A stretch of 58,834 bases of DNA from Thainema sp. (GTDB lineage: Bacteria; Cyanobacteriota; Cyanobacteriia; Phormidesmidales; Phormidesmidaceae), in the NCBI GenBank assembly GCA_052168235.1, contig JBQLZK010000049.1:1-58834 (forward strand), in the 5' to 3' direction. How positions within the stretch are numbered: position 1 is the first letter of the stretch; each line of letters begins with the position of its first letter. Below are positions 40,473-50,117 of the stretch, one piece after another. A program made the translations under genes and the position numbers. The notes under the pieces were generated by a model that was given only the letters and a program-made list of their open reading frames with translations, was not told the DNA's origin and made no database searches.

Positions 40473-41273
40473 CTACGACCGTTGGAATCGGAAGGCTTCA
40501 ATCGACTGCGCCGTCAGGAAAATACCCAGCGCAATGTACGATCCAAACAAAATTAAACTGCCCGTGTCCAAAATGCCCTGCGTTAGCTCATTAAAATGCT
40601 GCAGCATGGATAGGTGCTTGAGCGCTTCTCCCACTGGGCCTTGTACAGAAGATGCGATCGCATCTACCACCCACAGCAGCAAAATCAGCGCGAAGGTCAA
40701 AATCGCTGCCAGCACCGTACTGTCGGTTAACGACGAGACAAACATGCCGAGAGCCAGGACCGAAGCCGCGAGTAAAACCAAGCCGACATGGGCCAGGATA
40801 AACACCTGAGCTGACACGGGCGGCTCTGAGCCGCTCAGCACAATCCCTTCACAGAACATCACGGGCAGCAGCAGCGTAATAAAGAAGGTCAGTACGCCCA
40901 GCAGTTTGCCTATGGCAACCGACCAGTTCGTCAGCGGTGATGTTGCCAACAGTTCCAGCGTGCCGCGCTTGCGTTCTTCGGCATACAGCCCCATTGAGAG
41001 AATCGGCAGAATAAACAGCGCCAGCGAGCTGAGAACGCCCAAGAAGCCCTTAATAAACTCATAAGCCAGATCCACCGATGGCGCTTGCCCATATTGATCC
41101 AGCGTGGCAACTTGAGCAATGATTCCTTCTGGGCCAAACAGGATAGCTGTTAGGAACAAGCCACTCAGCAGCCAGAATACGCCTGCAATCACATAGGCTA
41201 AGGGCGAGGCGAAGTAGCTCTGGAGTTCGCGCTGGTAGATGGCGATGATATTGGCAACAATAATGCGAATCAT
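40473..41273 (-). CDS. ABC-2 permease, GldF-like
   Basis: RELQSYFASPLAY, MGLYAEERKRGTLELLATSP, GKLLG, GMFVSSLT. Confidence 0.92.
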   Translation of the reverse strand: MIRIIVANIIAIYQRELQSYFASPLAYVIAGVFWLLSGLFLTAILFGPEGIIAQVATLDQYGQAPSVDLAYEFIKGFLGVLSSLALFILPILSMGLYAEERKRGTLELLATSPLTNWSVAIGKLLGVLTFFITLLLPVMFCEGIVLSGSEPPVSAQVFILAHVGLVLLAASVLALGMFVSSLTDSTVLAAILTFALILLLWVVDAIASSVQGPVGEALKHLSMLQHFNELTQGILDTGSLILFGSYIALGIFLTAQSIEAFRFQRS

Positions 41274-41303
41274 AGGGCAATGGTTTAGTGGGCGCGTCTT
41301 TTT

Positions 41304-42485
41304 CTACTTTTCTGAATTAGCATCATTTGCATCAACCGAATCGATGTCTGAAACCTCTGGTTCAGCGACAGGCTGATCAATCACAATGGCTTCGGTGGTG
41401 GTTTCGGTGGTGCCATCAGGTTGGGCTATGGGGTCAGGAATCGCCTCCGCGTCAGCAGCGTCATCAGCATGATTTTCCGCCACGTCATCAGCGGGATCAT
41501 CTTCATGCGCTGCCTTTTCCTGCGTCGTCAGATTGATAAACACATCTTCCAGGCTGGCCCGAATCCGCTTCATCTCGTATAGACCAATCCCTGCACCAAC
41601 CAGTGCCGCCGCAATCTCCCGGCCCGGATCATCTCCCGGTTCAGCCGTAATATTCAGCCGCAAATGTCCCTCAGCCAAACTGCTGTCCGGCTGGATTTCA
41701 ACTGCCTGCACCTGGGGCATCGCGGCTAATGCTTGTTGTGCGATCGCAGCTTCCCCTGCAACTTCCATCACGTAGCTCAACTGCCCCGATAGCTGCTCCA
41801 TCAGGCTATCCGGTGAACCCGTTGCCACAATGCGACCCCGATTGATAATGGCAACGCGATCGCAGGTCATGCTGACCTCTGGCAGGATGTGGGTCGAGAG
41901 AATAATCGTGTGATCCCCAGCTAAGCTTTTAATCAGGCTCCGCACCTCCGCCACCTGACGCGGATCAAGGCCCACGGTCGGCTCGTCTAGGATAATTGCT
42001 GGCGGATCATGCACAATCGCTTGGGCAATTCCCACCCGCTGCCGATAGCCCTTCGACAGCTTGCGAATCAGCACGTCCCGCTTGTCGAGAATATTGCAGC
42101 GTTCCATCGCCCAGGCCACCCGCTGGGGCCGATCGCCTGCGACGACGCCTTTGATTCGCGCCACAAAGTTGAGAAAGCTCTCCACCGTCATATCCAGGTA
42201 CAGCGGCGGCGACTCCGGCAAATAGCCAATTCGCTGCCGCACGGCCATCGAATCGGCATGGACATCATACTCGGCAATTCGCGCCGTTCCCTGATTGGCG
42301 GGTAGATAACCCGTCAGAATACGCATGGTAGTGGTTTTGCCCGCGCCGTTTGGCCCCAGGAAGCCCAAGATTTCGCCCGGTTCTACCCGAAACGTCACGT
42401 CTTCAATGGCAACCGTAGAGCCGTAGGTTTTGCTGAGATGTTCAACTTCAATCATGGGCTGTAAGGTAACAGTTGTCTGTGACAA
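41304..42485 (-). CDS. ABC ATP-binding protein, GldA-like (likely start ATG 42455)
   Basis: GPNGAGKTT, LSKGYRQRVG, ILDEPTVGLDP, STH; acidic tail. Confidence 0.94.
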   Translation of the reverse strand: MSQTTVTLQPMIEVEHLSKTYGSTVAIEDVTFRVEPGEILGFLGPNGAGKTTTMRILTGYLPANQGTARIAEYDVHADSMAVRQRIGYLPESPPLYLDMTVESFLNFVARIKGVVAGDRPQRVAWAMERCNILDKRDVLIRKLSKGYRQRVGIAQAIVHDPPAIILDEPTVGLDPRQVAEVRSLIKSLAGDHTIILSTHILPEVSMTCDRVAIINRGRIVATGSPDSLMEQLSGQLSYVMEVAGEAAIAQQALAAMPQVQAVEIQPDSSLAEGHLRLNITAEPGDDPGREIAAALVGAGIGLYEMKRIRASLEDVFINLTTQEKAAHEDDPADDVAENHADDAADAEAIPDPIAQPDGTTETTTEAIVIDQPVAEPEVSDIDSVDANDANSEK

Positions 42486-42501
42486 ACAGATGACAGCAGA
42501 A

Positions 42502-42517
42502 TGTAAAGGATATTACA
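42502..42517. promoter_or_regulatory. Consensus NtcA box
   Basis: TGTA-AAGGATAT-TACA (GTA-N8-TAC) just upstream of the ABC operon. Confidence 0.5.
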
Positions 42518-42593
42518 TCTGAACGTTTTCGGTGAGAGTTTTAAGGCATGATACGTGCCAATGCTGCTTGAGCTTAAGGATTAATGATTTATA

Positions 42594-42630
42594 AATTGTG
42601 ATGTGGGAGCATCGCCCCCACATCACAATT
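42594..42630. repeat. 14-bp-arm inverted repeat between divergent genes
   Basis: AATTGTGATGTGGG-agcatcgcc-CCCACATCACAATT. Confidence 0.75.
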
Positions 42631-42702
42631 CATACCCAGATTGAGCAACGCCTAAGATTGAGTAGCAACAGATTGTAACTGTAACTGTGAGACTGAACGC
42701 TG

Positions 42703-43128
42703 ATGACTATGGGGCCAGGTGCGATCGCAACTTTTCTCTACTATTTCGCCACGACCACGCTGATCATGACGATTCTGTCCCTTCAGTTTGGACTGGCTCA
42801 GGAGTTTGGAGTTCCCTTAAGTATCAATCCCATTATTGGCCTCGTCGGTGGCACAATGGGAGCCTATTTTAACCGTTCTGTCACCATCTCAATGCCGTTC
42901 AAAAATCGCAAAACCTTTCAGCGGGAGCTGGACAGCATTTTGGCGGAAATGGGCTACAGTTGCGATCGCGAATTGGACGAATGGCTGGTCTACCGTCGCC
43001 CTACCATTCGCCAATTGTTCTCCGGCAGCATCTACGTCAAGCTTGACGACGGCCTCGCTATGCTGTCTAGCCGCTCAGTTCATATCCAAGCCCTCCTGCG
43101 CCGCCTCAGCGACCAAGGACTTGCCTGA
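42703..43128 (+). CDS. Hypothetical membrane protein, cyanobacterial type
   Basis: 141-aa ORF with two N-terminal hydrophobic segments (FLYYF...GAYFNRS) and a soluble C-terminus; contains HIP1. Confidence 0.75.
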   Translation: MTMGPGAIATFLYYFATTTLIMTILSLQFGLAQEFGVPLSINPIIGLVGGTMGAYFNRSVTISMPFKNRKTFQRELDSILAEMGYSCDRELDEWLVYRRPTIRQLFSGSIYVKLDDGLAMLSSRSVHIQALLRRLSDQGLA

Positions 43129-43518
43129 CTGCCATCCCTTGACTTAAACCAATCCTAGATCTTTAAGACCCCACAACACGAACCCATCCACCTCTTGAAT
43201 TTCTCGGCTTTCTCTACAGCCTCTTCTCCCCCCACCAACAATTGGCATACTGTCCAAACCCCACCTATGCAAATACCACTAACATCCATTAGGGTGAGAG
43301 TTAATGTCAGCAGAGTGAATAACTAAATAGGAATAGAGCCAAGCTCTAACCTTACAGGATTGGGCAAAAAGAATAGATAGATAGATAAGAAACAGATAAC
43401 AATCAGTAAAGCTATCAATGTGTCCGTCGCTTGATGGATAACGTAAGTATTCACAGGCCGTAATTTTTACAAGCGTGGGCTAAAGAATCATCAAACGTTA
43501 GGTTGTGTAGGAAGTGAG

Positions 43519-45105
43519 GTGTTAATGCGAGCTCTTCTTGTTTATCCGAAGTTTCCCCCCAGTTTCTGGTCATTTGAGAAAGCGCTAGAACTGGTCGATC
43601 GCAAAGTTCTACTACCACCACTCGGACTTATTACCGTAGCATCGATTCTGCCACAAGAATGGGAATTTCAACTGGTCGATCGCAATATTCGCGACGTCAC
43701 AGAAGCAGAATGGGAATGGGCTGATATTGTCATTCTCTCTGCCATGATCGTGCAGAAAGAGGATTTTCTGGCCCAAATTCGAGCCGCAAAGGCCAGAGGC
43801 AAACGAGTCGCAGTGGGTGGCCCTTACGCAACCGCCCTGCCCCATGAAGCCGCTGAAGCCGATTTTCTGATTCTGGATGAAGGGGAAATTACGCTACCGA
43901 TGTTCGTGGAGGCGGTTCAGCAAGGGGCAACCAGCGGCACGTTTCGTTCCAATGGCGCAAAGCCCGACGTGACTGCAACCCCCGTTCCTCGCTACGACCT
44001 CTTACAACTGGATGCCTACGACAATATGTCTATCCAGTTTTCACGCGGCTGTCCGTTCCAGTGCGAATTCTGCGACATCATCGTTTTGTACGGACGGAAA
44101 CCCCGCACCAAAACTCCAGCTCAGTTAATCAAGGAACTCGAATATCTCTACGAACTCGGCTGGCGGCGCAGCATTTTTATGGTGGATGATAACTTCATCG
44201 GCAACAAGCGCAACGTAAAGCTGCTGCTGAAGGAACTGAAAGTTTGGATGGCGCAACACGACTATCCGTTCCACTTCAATACTGAAGCCTCGGTTGACTT
44301 GGCCAACGATGAAGAACTGATGCAGATGATGGTGGACTGCAATTTCAATGCGGTTTTCCTGGGAATTGAAACTCCCGACGAAGGCAGTCTGACCGTCACC
44401 AAAAAGTTTCAAAATACTCGCGATCCGCTGTCTGATTCGGTAGACAAGATTATCCAATCCGGCCTGCGGGTGATGGCTGGCTTTATCATCGGCTTTGACG
44501 GCGAGAAAAAAGGCGCGGGCGATCGCATTGTTCAGTTTGTCGAAAAAACGGCAATTCCCACCGCGTTTTTCAGCATGTTGCAAGCGCTGCCCGATACGGC
44601 CCTTTGGCATCGGTTAGAGCGCGAAAATCGCCTCCGGGGAAATGGCAACATCAACCAGACAACGCTGATGAACTTTGTGCCGACTCGTCCGATTGAAGAT
44701 ATCACACGGGAGTATATTGACGCCTTCTGGCGACTCTACGACCCGATGGCTTATCTCAACCGCACCTACCGTCATTTCTTGAAACTCGGCACGCCATCCC
44801 ATGAATCGCCGCTCCGCAAACCAAGCTGGGCAGCCGTGCGGGCATTACTCGTTGTGTGTTGGCGGCAGGGCGTGAAGCGTAATACTCGTTGGCAATTCTG
44901 GCGTAACCTGGTCGGAATTTTACGACATAATCCTCGCGTTTGGGCTCACTACCTGTCGATTTGTGCTCTGAATGAACACTTCTTGGAGTATCGCCAAATC
45001 GTCTGCGACAACTTAGAGAAGCAGTTAACCCTCTTCCTGGAGCGCGAAGTGGCAGAGGCTCAAACTCGTCAAGAAGCCGAAATCAAACAGAGTTCCGCAG
45101 CCTAA
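43519..45105 (+). CDS. B12-binding radical SAM protein with DUF4070-type C-terminus
   Basis: PPLGLITVA, VGGPYAT, RGCPFQCEFC (CxxxCxxC), VDDNFIGN, GFIIGFD. Confidence 0.92.
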   Translation: MLMRALLVYPKFPPSFWSFEKALELVDRKVLLPPLGLITVASILPQEWEFQLVDRNIRDVTEAEWEWADIVILSAMIVQKEDFLAQIRAAKARGKRVAVGGPYATALPHEAAEADFLILDEGEITLPMFVEAVQQGATSGTFRSNGAKPDVTATPVPRYDLLQLDAYDNMSIQFSRGCPFQCEFCDIIVLYGRKPRTKTPAQLIKELEYLYELGWRRSIFMVDDNFIGNKRNVKLLLKELKVWMAQHDYPFHFNTEASVDLANDEELMQMMVDCNFNAVFLGIETPDEGSLTVTKKFQNTRDPLSDSVDKIIQSGLRVMAGFIIGFDGEKKGAGDRIVQFVEKTAIPTAFFSMLQALPDTALWHRLERENRLRGNGNINQTTLMNFVPTRPIEDITREYIDAFWRLYDPMAYLNRTYRHFLKLGTPSHESPLRKPSWAAVRALLVVCWRQGVKRNTRWQFWRNLVGILRHNPRVWAHYLSICALNEHFLEYRQIVCDNLEKQLTLFLEREVAEAQTRQEAEIKQSSAA

Positions 45106-45128
45106 ACAAGCTTAAAACTCCAGCTTAA

Positions 45129-45173
45129 AACTAAAAAGGGGAGCGTATCCGAGATACGCTCCCCTTTTTAGTT
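45129..45173. terminator. Bidirectional intrinsic terminator between convergent genes
   Basis: AACTAAAAAGGGGAGCGTATC-cga-GATACGCTCCCCTTTTTAGTT, 21-bp arms. Confidence 0.88.
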
Positions 45174-45190
45174 GCTTAACCAACCTAATA

Positions 45191-45649
45191 CTAGGAGGGT
45201 ACAATCTGTAGTTCAACTTCAGCGGTTACTTCAGGGTGCAGCTTGACTTCAGCTTTGTAGAAGCCAGTCTTGCTGATGTCGGGTACCGTGATGTTGCGGC
45301 GATCGACTTCCTGATTGGTAGCAGCTTGAATCGCATCGGCAACGTCTTGGTTGGTCACCGTACCGAAGATAGAATCGCCTTCGCCAGCCTGCTTCTCGAT
45401 GGTGAAGCGACCAATGGTTTCCAGCGCGGTCTTGCGGGCTTCTGCCTGCTTCTTCTCTTCGATGATCCGCTGCCGCTCTTGCTCGCGACGGATTTCAACC
45501 TGCCGCAAAATGCCGGGAGTAACCCGTACCGCAAATCCCTGTGGGACTAGGTAGTTGCGCGCATAACCGGGCGCAACCTCAACTAGATCTCCTTCATTCC
45601 CAAGTTTCCGAACGTCCTTGTTGAGGACGACTTGCACACGTTTCGCCAT
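45191..45649 (-). CDS. rplI: 50S ribosomal protein L9
   Basis: [36 protein letters not shown]. Confidence 0.97.
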   Translation of the reverse strand: MAKRVQVVLNKDVRKLGNEGDLVEVAPGYARNYLVPQGFAVRVTPGILRQVEIRREQERQRIIEEKKQAEARKTALETIGRFTIEKQAGEGDSIFGTVTNQDVADAIQAATNQEVDRRNITVPDISKTGFYKAEVKLHPEVTAEVELQIVPS

Positions 45650-45841
45650 GATAAATTCCGTTATTCAACTGGTAATTATTCTGTCAGCAGCAACCAGATT
45701 TATTATCATATCGAACTGCCAACCATCTATGCAACCCTATCGTTCTGCTAAATAACTTATGAAGTAAAATATTTGACAAACAGCATTCTAAAGTCGAGAG
45801 CCATCTATCAGACTTAAAGGTGAGTTTAAAGCGGCTTGGGT

Positions 45842-47332
45842 ATGAATGTAGGCTGGAACAATGAAGACAGAATCTTAATGGTAGATGACCGTGAATATTA
45901 CTCCGAAGGAGATGATTATCCGGTCGAAGTTCGAGTGAGCGATCTGCGCCATCTCACTGGAAAACAAATTCCAGAAGGCGTAAAGGTAATGGCGGTTCGC
46001 AAAGTTGTAGGATCATTGAATGACTTCTACGGCGATCCTGAGAATGCCTACTTCTGTAGAACTCGTGACGGATCCTTTATTACCGTTGAGGATGCGGTCA
46101 TCGTTGCTGATGATGATGTCCCGGATATTCAGGAACGAGCAGCGTGCCTCCAACAAGAACTAAGTAATGTGGTCGAGCATTTAGAGATTGCTCGGTTGGC
46201 AGGCATCATCTTGGATTTTGAGGTGGGTGACATATACGACGAGATTGCTTACATTAGCTTTACAGTAGCTGTTCAAGATGATAAGCGTCCTGTTTATGCC
46301 ATCTTGCATGATGTGCCACTAAGTGCTCATGACTTGCTTCCGGTAGGCTCTCCTGCAGCAGTTCTCCTAGCCCTTCGCGATGCAGCTAGAATTCTAGTTG
46401 ATGGTACTTCTCGTAAAGCTGAACTCATCGAGCATCTTCGCCACTTAGTTCGTGTACTCGGATATTACTCAGGCGATCTTGTTGCCAAATTCGCCTCGGG
46501 AGATGTCAATGTAGATGCGGTATTGCGACCATACACGTCGATTCGACCTCTCATCAGCTTCGAGATTAGAACTAACCCATCAGGAATGAACCATAAAAGA
46601 GCGATATTGGAAACTCAGCAAGCTGGCGAAATTGTTGGTTCTGCCGCGAGCATGTTGTTTACTCCGTCGATAGTTGCGGCTACTAGTCATAATGGTTTAT
46701 TGGCGTTCGATACTGCAACAGCGACACTACTTGAGGCACAGCGATTGCTTAATATTGTTGGTCGAGACGCCCTTCCTGCAATTCCCAAAAATTTAGATGA
46801 TGTGCCTTCTGAAGATTGCCGATACGCTGCCCTCCAATCCGCAATTACAGCAGCATGTGCTGCACAAACAAATGGCGAGAAAGGCAATACGTATGAAGAC
46901 TTAGCATGTGCTGCACTCGCCCTCATTCCAGGATTAAGCATCAAGCATCGTCGGCTTCTCACGACCACATCTGAGATTGATCTACTTGTGGAATATACTC
47001 GGAAGCCCAGCTATCCGATGTTTGAGGAAACCGGGCGATATGTTCTTGTAGAGTGTAAGAATTGGGCAAAGCCAGCAGGTGCGAAGGAGTTGCGAGACTT
47101 TTTCGGTAAATTAGCTGATAGTAGGACAAAGTTGGGTTTGTATTTCTCCCGCAACGGTGTTACGGGGGAGAAAGATAGAGATGCAATTGGTACCATTAAA
47201 GCGAAGTATCATCAAGACGGTGTTGTTGTTGTAGTAATCACGTTCGATGATCTTAGAGCAGTTGCTCAGGGAGAAGATTTCCTTCAACTAATCGACAGAC
47301 GCTACGACGAAGTCCGATTCCAACTGGCCTAA
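45842..47332 (+). CDS. Protein with unknown N-terminus and a C-terminal Mrr-like PD-(D/E)xK restriction endonuclease domain (ORF track start TTG 45836)
   Basis: KGNTYEDL, SEIDLLV, VLVECKNWAKP, ELRDFFGKL, GLYFSRNGVT; no HIP1 seen. Confidence 0.8.
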   Translation: MNVGWNNEDRILMVDDREYYSEGDDYPVEVRVSDLRHLTGKQIPEGVKVMAVRKVVGSLNDFYGDPENAYFCRTRDGSFITVEDAVIVADDDVPDIQERAACLQQELSNVVEHLEIARLAGIILDFEVGDIYDEIAYISFTVAVQDDKRPVYAILHDVPLSAHDLLPVGSPAAVLLALRDAARILVDGTSRKAELIEHLRHLVRVLGYYSGDLVAKFASGDVNVDAVLRPYTSIRPLISFEIRTNPSGMNHKRAILETQQAGEIVGSAASMLFTPSIVAATSHNGLLAFDTATATLLEAQRLLNIVGRDALPAIPKNLDDVPSEDCRYAALQSAITAACAAQTNGEKGNTYEDLACAALALIPGLSIKHRRLLTTTSEIDLLVEYTRKPSYPMFEETGRYVLVECKNWAKPAGAKELRDFFGKLADSRTKLGLYFSRNGVTGEKDRDAIGTIKAKYHQDGVVVVVITFDDLRAVAQGEDFLQLIDRRYDEVRFQLA

Positions 47333-47535
47333 TACCCTACTGCACTGGAAAGGGCACCGGAATGAATATATTTGTTGTCGGGATACAACAGTGGCTTACA
47401 TCCGGCGCTTATGAATGTCACTTCTGAAGTTTACCAATATCAATGTGATTTCAGATTATTAGCTTTTTGTAGTTCATTAGCAGAACCACCCTACAGTCCT
47501 ACTAAATTGCTTTTGAACGAAAAAGCTTGACCTAA

Positions 47536-49044
47536 TTATCTGATGTCGTAGCCGAATAGATTGGGGTCAACTTCTGATAATTCGATGTCCGCTAGGCCAT
47601 ATTCAGCCCAGCGCCTACTGACCATTTCAGCCACTTCGGGATCAGATTCCAGCGGTTTGCCCCATTCGTGATCGGTTTCTGGGCCAATTTTAGTCGTTGC
47701 GTCGATGCCCATGCGGCTACCGAGACCCAGTTTTTCATTGGCAAAATCCAGCGTGTCAAAGGGCGTATTGGGCAGGATGAACACATCGCGTTCTGGATCG
47801 ACCTTGGAGGTGAGCGCCCAAACCACCTGGCGCGGATCGCGGATATTAATATCCTTATCCACCACAATCACAAATTTGGTGTAGGTGAACTGGGGCAGCG
47901 CTGTCCAAAAGGCCATTGCGGCGCGGCGGGCTTGTCCCGGATAGGCTTTGTCAATTGAGATAATGGCGGCCTTGTAGCTGAGGGCTTCCATAGGTAGGAA
48001 GAAGTCGGTGATTTCGGGCACCTGCTGCCGCAAAATCGGGGTGTAGATCCGATTAAGTGCGATCGCAATCATCGCTTCTTCTTTGGGGGGGCGACCGCTG
48101 AAGGTGGTGAGGTAGATCGGATCTTTGCGGTGGGTGACGCAGTGGAAGTGGATCAGCGGCGAATCTTCGACGACGCCGTAATAGCCCATGTGGTCGCCAA
48201 AGGGGCCATCGGGCACTTCTTCACCGGGGGTAATGGTGCCTTCTAGGACAAATTCGGAATCGGCAGGGACTTCCAGATCAACAGTTTTGCACTTGGTCAA
48301 GTTGACGCCGGATTTACCATAGAGTCCGGCAAATAGCCACTCGGAGAGATCGACCGGGATTGGTGTAGCAGCGGCCATGATGATCAGCGGATCAACGCCA
48401 AGTGCGATCGCAACTTCGAGTTTCTTGCCCCGCTCAGCGGCTTTGCGTAGGTGACGTGCTCCGCCCCGCACCGACAGCCAGTGAACGGACATGGTGGTTT
48501 TTGACTGGAGCTGAAGCCGATAAACGCCAACGTTGGGCGTCCCCGTTTCGCAGTCTTTGGTGATCACCAGCCCCAGGGTGACGATTTTGCCTGCATCTTC
48601 GGGGTAGGGACGAATCATCGGGATTTGATCCAGATCGACCTGATCGTCTTTCAGCACCACTTGATGGCAAGGAGGCAGCAGGTCGCGACCGGGTTTGGCG
48701 CGGACGACATCGAAAAGCACTTTGCCGAATTCGATCGCCTGGGAAATCTTTTTGGGGGGCTTGGGCTGTTGCAGCATTCCCAGCTTGCGGCCCAGGTCTT
48801 CCAGTTCTTCGGGCTGTTCCATGTTCATGGCCCAGCAGACGCGCTGCACGGTGCCGAGGGAGTTGACGAGGACGGGATAGGGGGAGCCTTTGACGTTTTC
48901 AAACAGGAGAGCTGGCCCACCGCACTGCAACATCCGGTTGGAAATTTCGGCGATTTCTAGGTCGGGATCAACGAGGGCGGTGATGCGGCGGAGCTGACCC
49001 CGTTGTTCGAGCTGTTTGATGAATCCCCGTAAGTCTCGTGCCAT
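47536..49044 (-). CDS. ubiD: UbiD-family prFMN decarboxylase (plastoquinone pathway in cyanobacteria)
   Basis: MARDLRGFI, PALLFENVKG, NVGVYRLQ, DGPFGDHMGYY, RPPKEE, KFVIVVD, MGIDATTK. Confidence 0.93.
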   Translation of the reverse strand: MARDLRGFIKQLEQRGQLRRITALVDPDLEIAEISNRMLQCGGPALLFENVKGSPYPVLVNSLGTVQRVCWAMNMEQPEELEDLGRKLGMLQQPKPPKKISQAIEFGKVLFDVVRAKPGRDLLPPCHQVVLKDDQVDLDQIPMIRPYPEDAGKIVTLGLVITKDCETGTPNVGVYRLQLQSKTTMSVHWLSVRGGARHLRKAAERGKKLEVAIALGVDPLIIMAAATPIPVDLSEWLFAGLYGKSGVNLTKCKTVDLEVPADSEFVLEGTITPGEEVPDGPFGDHMGYYGVVEDSPLIHFHCVTHRKDPIYLTTFSGRPPKEEAMIAIALNRIYTPILRQQVPEITDFFLPMEALSYKAAIISIDKAYPGQARRAAMAFWTALPQFTYTKFVIVVDKDINIRDPRQVVWALTSKVDPERDVFILPNTPFDTLDFANEKLGLGSRMGIDATTKIGPETDHEWGKPLESDPEVAEMVSRRWAEYGLADIELSEVDPNLFGYDIR

Positions 49045-49136
49045 GTTAATGAAGAACTGTAAAGCGTTTCTTCTTTATTATGGGTGATTTGGGGCAGTCT
49101 GCCGAGGTGAGTTGAAGGCTACACAGGGATCGTCGT

Positions 49137-50117
49137 TCAGTTGTCTATGCTTTCTAGAACAACTCCCCATCTTTTTATGTCCACTTCAGTAATTCTTGCT
49201 TCTAAAGGAGCACCAACTTCAAAGGTTTGACTAAGCTGCTCAGCAGATAAGTTGAGAGTGCTTGAAGTACGGAGCACGGCATATGTATCCCCAATATCGA
49301 CTAAAACTCTAGAATCTCCGACATCCAGTATTCTCCCGCTAACAATCTGCCCGACCTGCAATTGCTTAAGTCTGAGCCAAACAGGATGATGGAGCAGCCT
49401 TAAAAGCTCATATTCTTCTTTGACTTTTAGAATTTTAAGTGGCAGTTCCTTCCCTTCTACCAACTCTTCCCTGTGTTTATCAACATAAGTCTGAATGGAG
49501 GCACGTAAGCCTTCAATTCTAACTGTTGCGCTTCTTGAATGCTTCTTAAGCACTGTCGCATGCACTGTTACATTCTCAGCCTGCAACTGTCGCACTCTTT
49601 CCCAGGCTACTTTGACCTGTAGCTGACGAATCGAAAAAGAAACAGTTGGCGGGTGGTCTTCAGAGCATAGGAACCATTTGAGTCTTGCTGATACTCCAGG
49701 ATGTTTTCCATCTGATACAACGTCAACGACTTGAGTATGCAGGATGATATCTTCCAGATTAACGAGACAGCCAGCGTGAATTTGATCCCAAGAATAACCA
49801 CACTGAAGGGAAGCCAGATCCTGTGCTGTCTCAAGTAAGCGATCGCCACCAATAAGCGTTTCAGGTGAGCAATGAGAGAAAAAGATATCACGCTGACCGT
49901 CATAATTGCCGACAACCAGAAACTCCCGGACTTCACCAACTCGCAGAGCCTCGTCTGGGCTGCGGATTTCACTGAGCGACACATCGAATAGTGAAACGTG
50001 AACAAGCTGATTAATATCAAAGTCAACCAGAGCACCTGTTGGTTCCAGCGCCACAATTTGTCCTGTAACGATATCGCCCGGTTGAAATTCACCTAACGGA
50101 ACTAACGGAACGCTCAT
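49137..50117 (-). CDS. Divergent ribosomal protein S1-like protein (three S1 domains, with insertion)
   Basis: FQPGDIVTG..LEPTGALVD, AWERVRQLQAE, VRIEGLR, ELPLKIL, LQVGQIVSG match cyanobacterial S1. Confidence 0.8.
   Translation of the reverse strand: MSVPLVPLGEFQPGDIVTGQIVALEPTGALVDFDINQLVHVSLFDVSLSEIRSPDEALRVGEVREFLVVGNYDGQRDIFFSHCSPETLIGGDRLLETAQDLASLQCGYSWDQIHAGCLVNLEDIILHTQVVDVVSDGKHPGVSARLKWFLCSEDHPPTVSFSIRQLQVKVAWERVRQLQAENVTVHATVLKKHSRSATVRIEGLRASIQTYVDKHREELVEGKELPLKILKVKEEYELLRLLHHPVWLRLKQLQVGQIVSGRILDVGDSRVLVDIGDTYAVLRTSSTLNLSAEQLSQTFEVGAPLEARITEVDIKRWGVVLESIDN

Noticed and set aside
43129..43518. Possible cobalamin riboswitch upstream of the B12 radical SAM gene
   Set aside because: No B12-box or conserved core recognisable by eye; an Rfam search would settle it
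49607..50092. 161-aa same-strand alternate-frame ORF inside the S1 paralog
   Set aside because: S1 similarity is entirely in the main frame; no frameshift signal or motif seen
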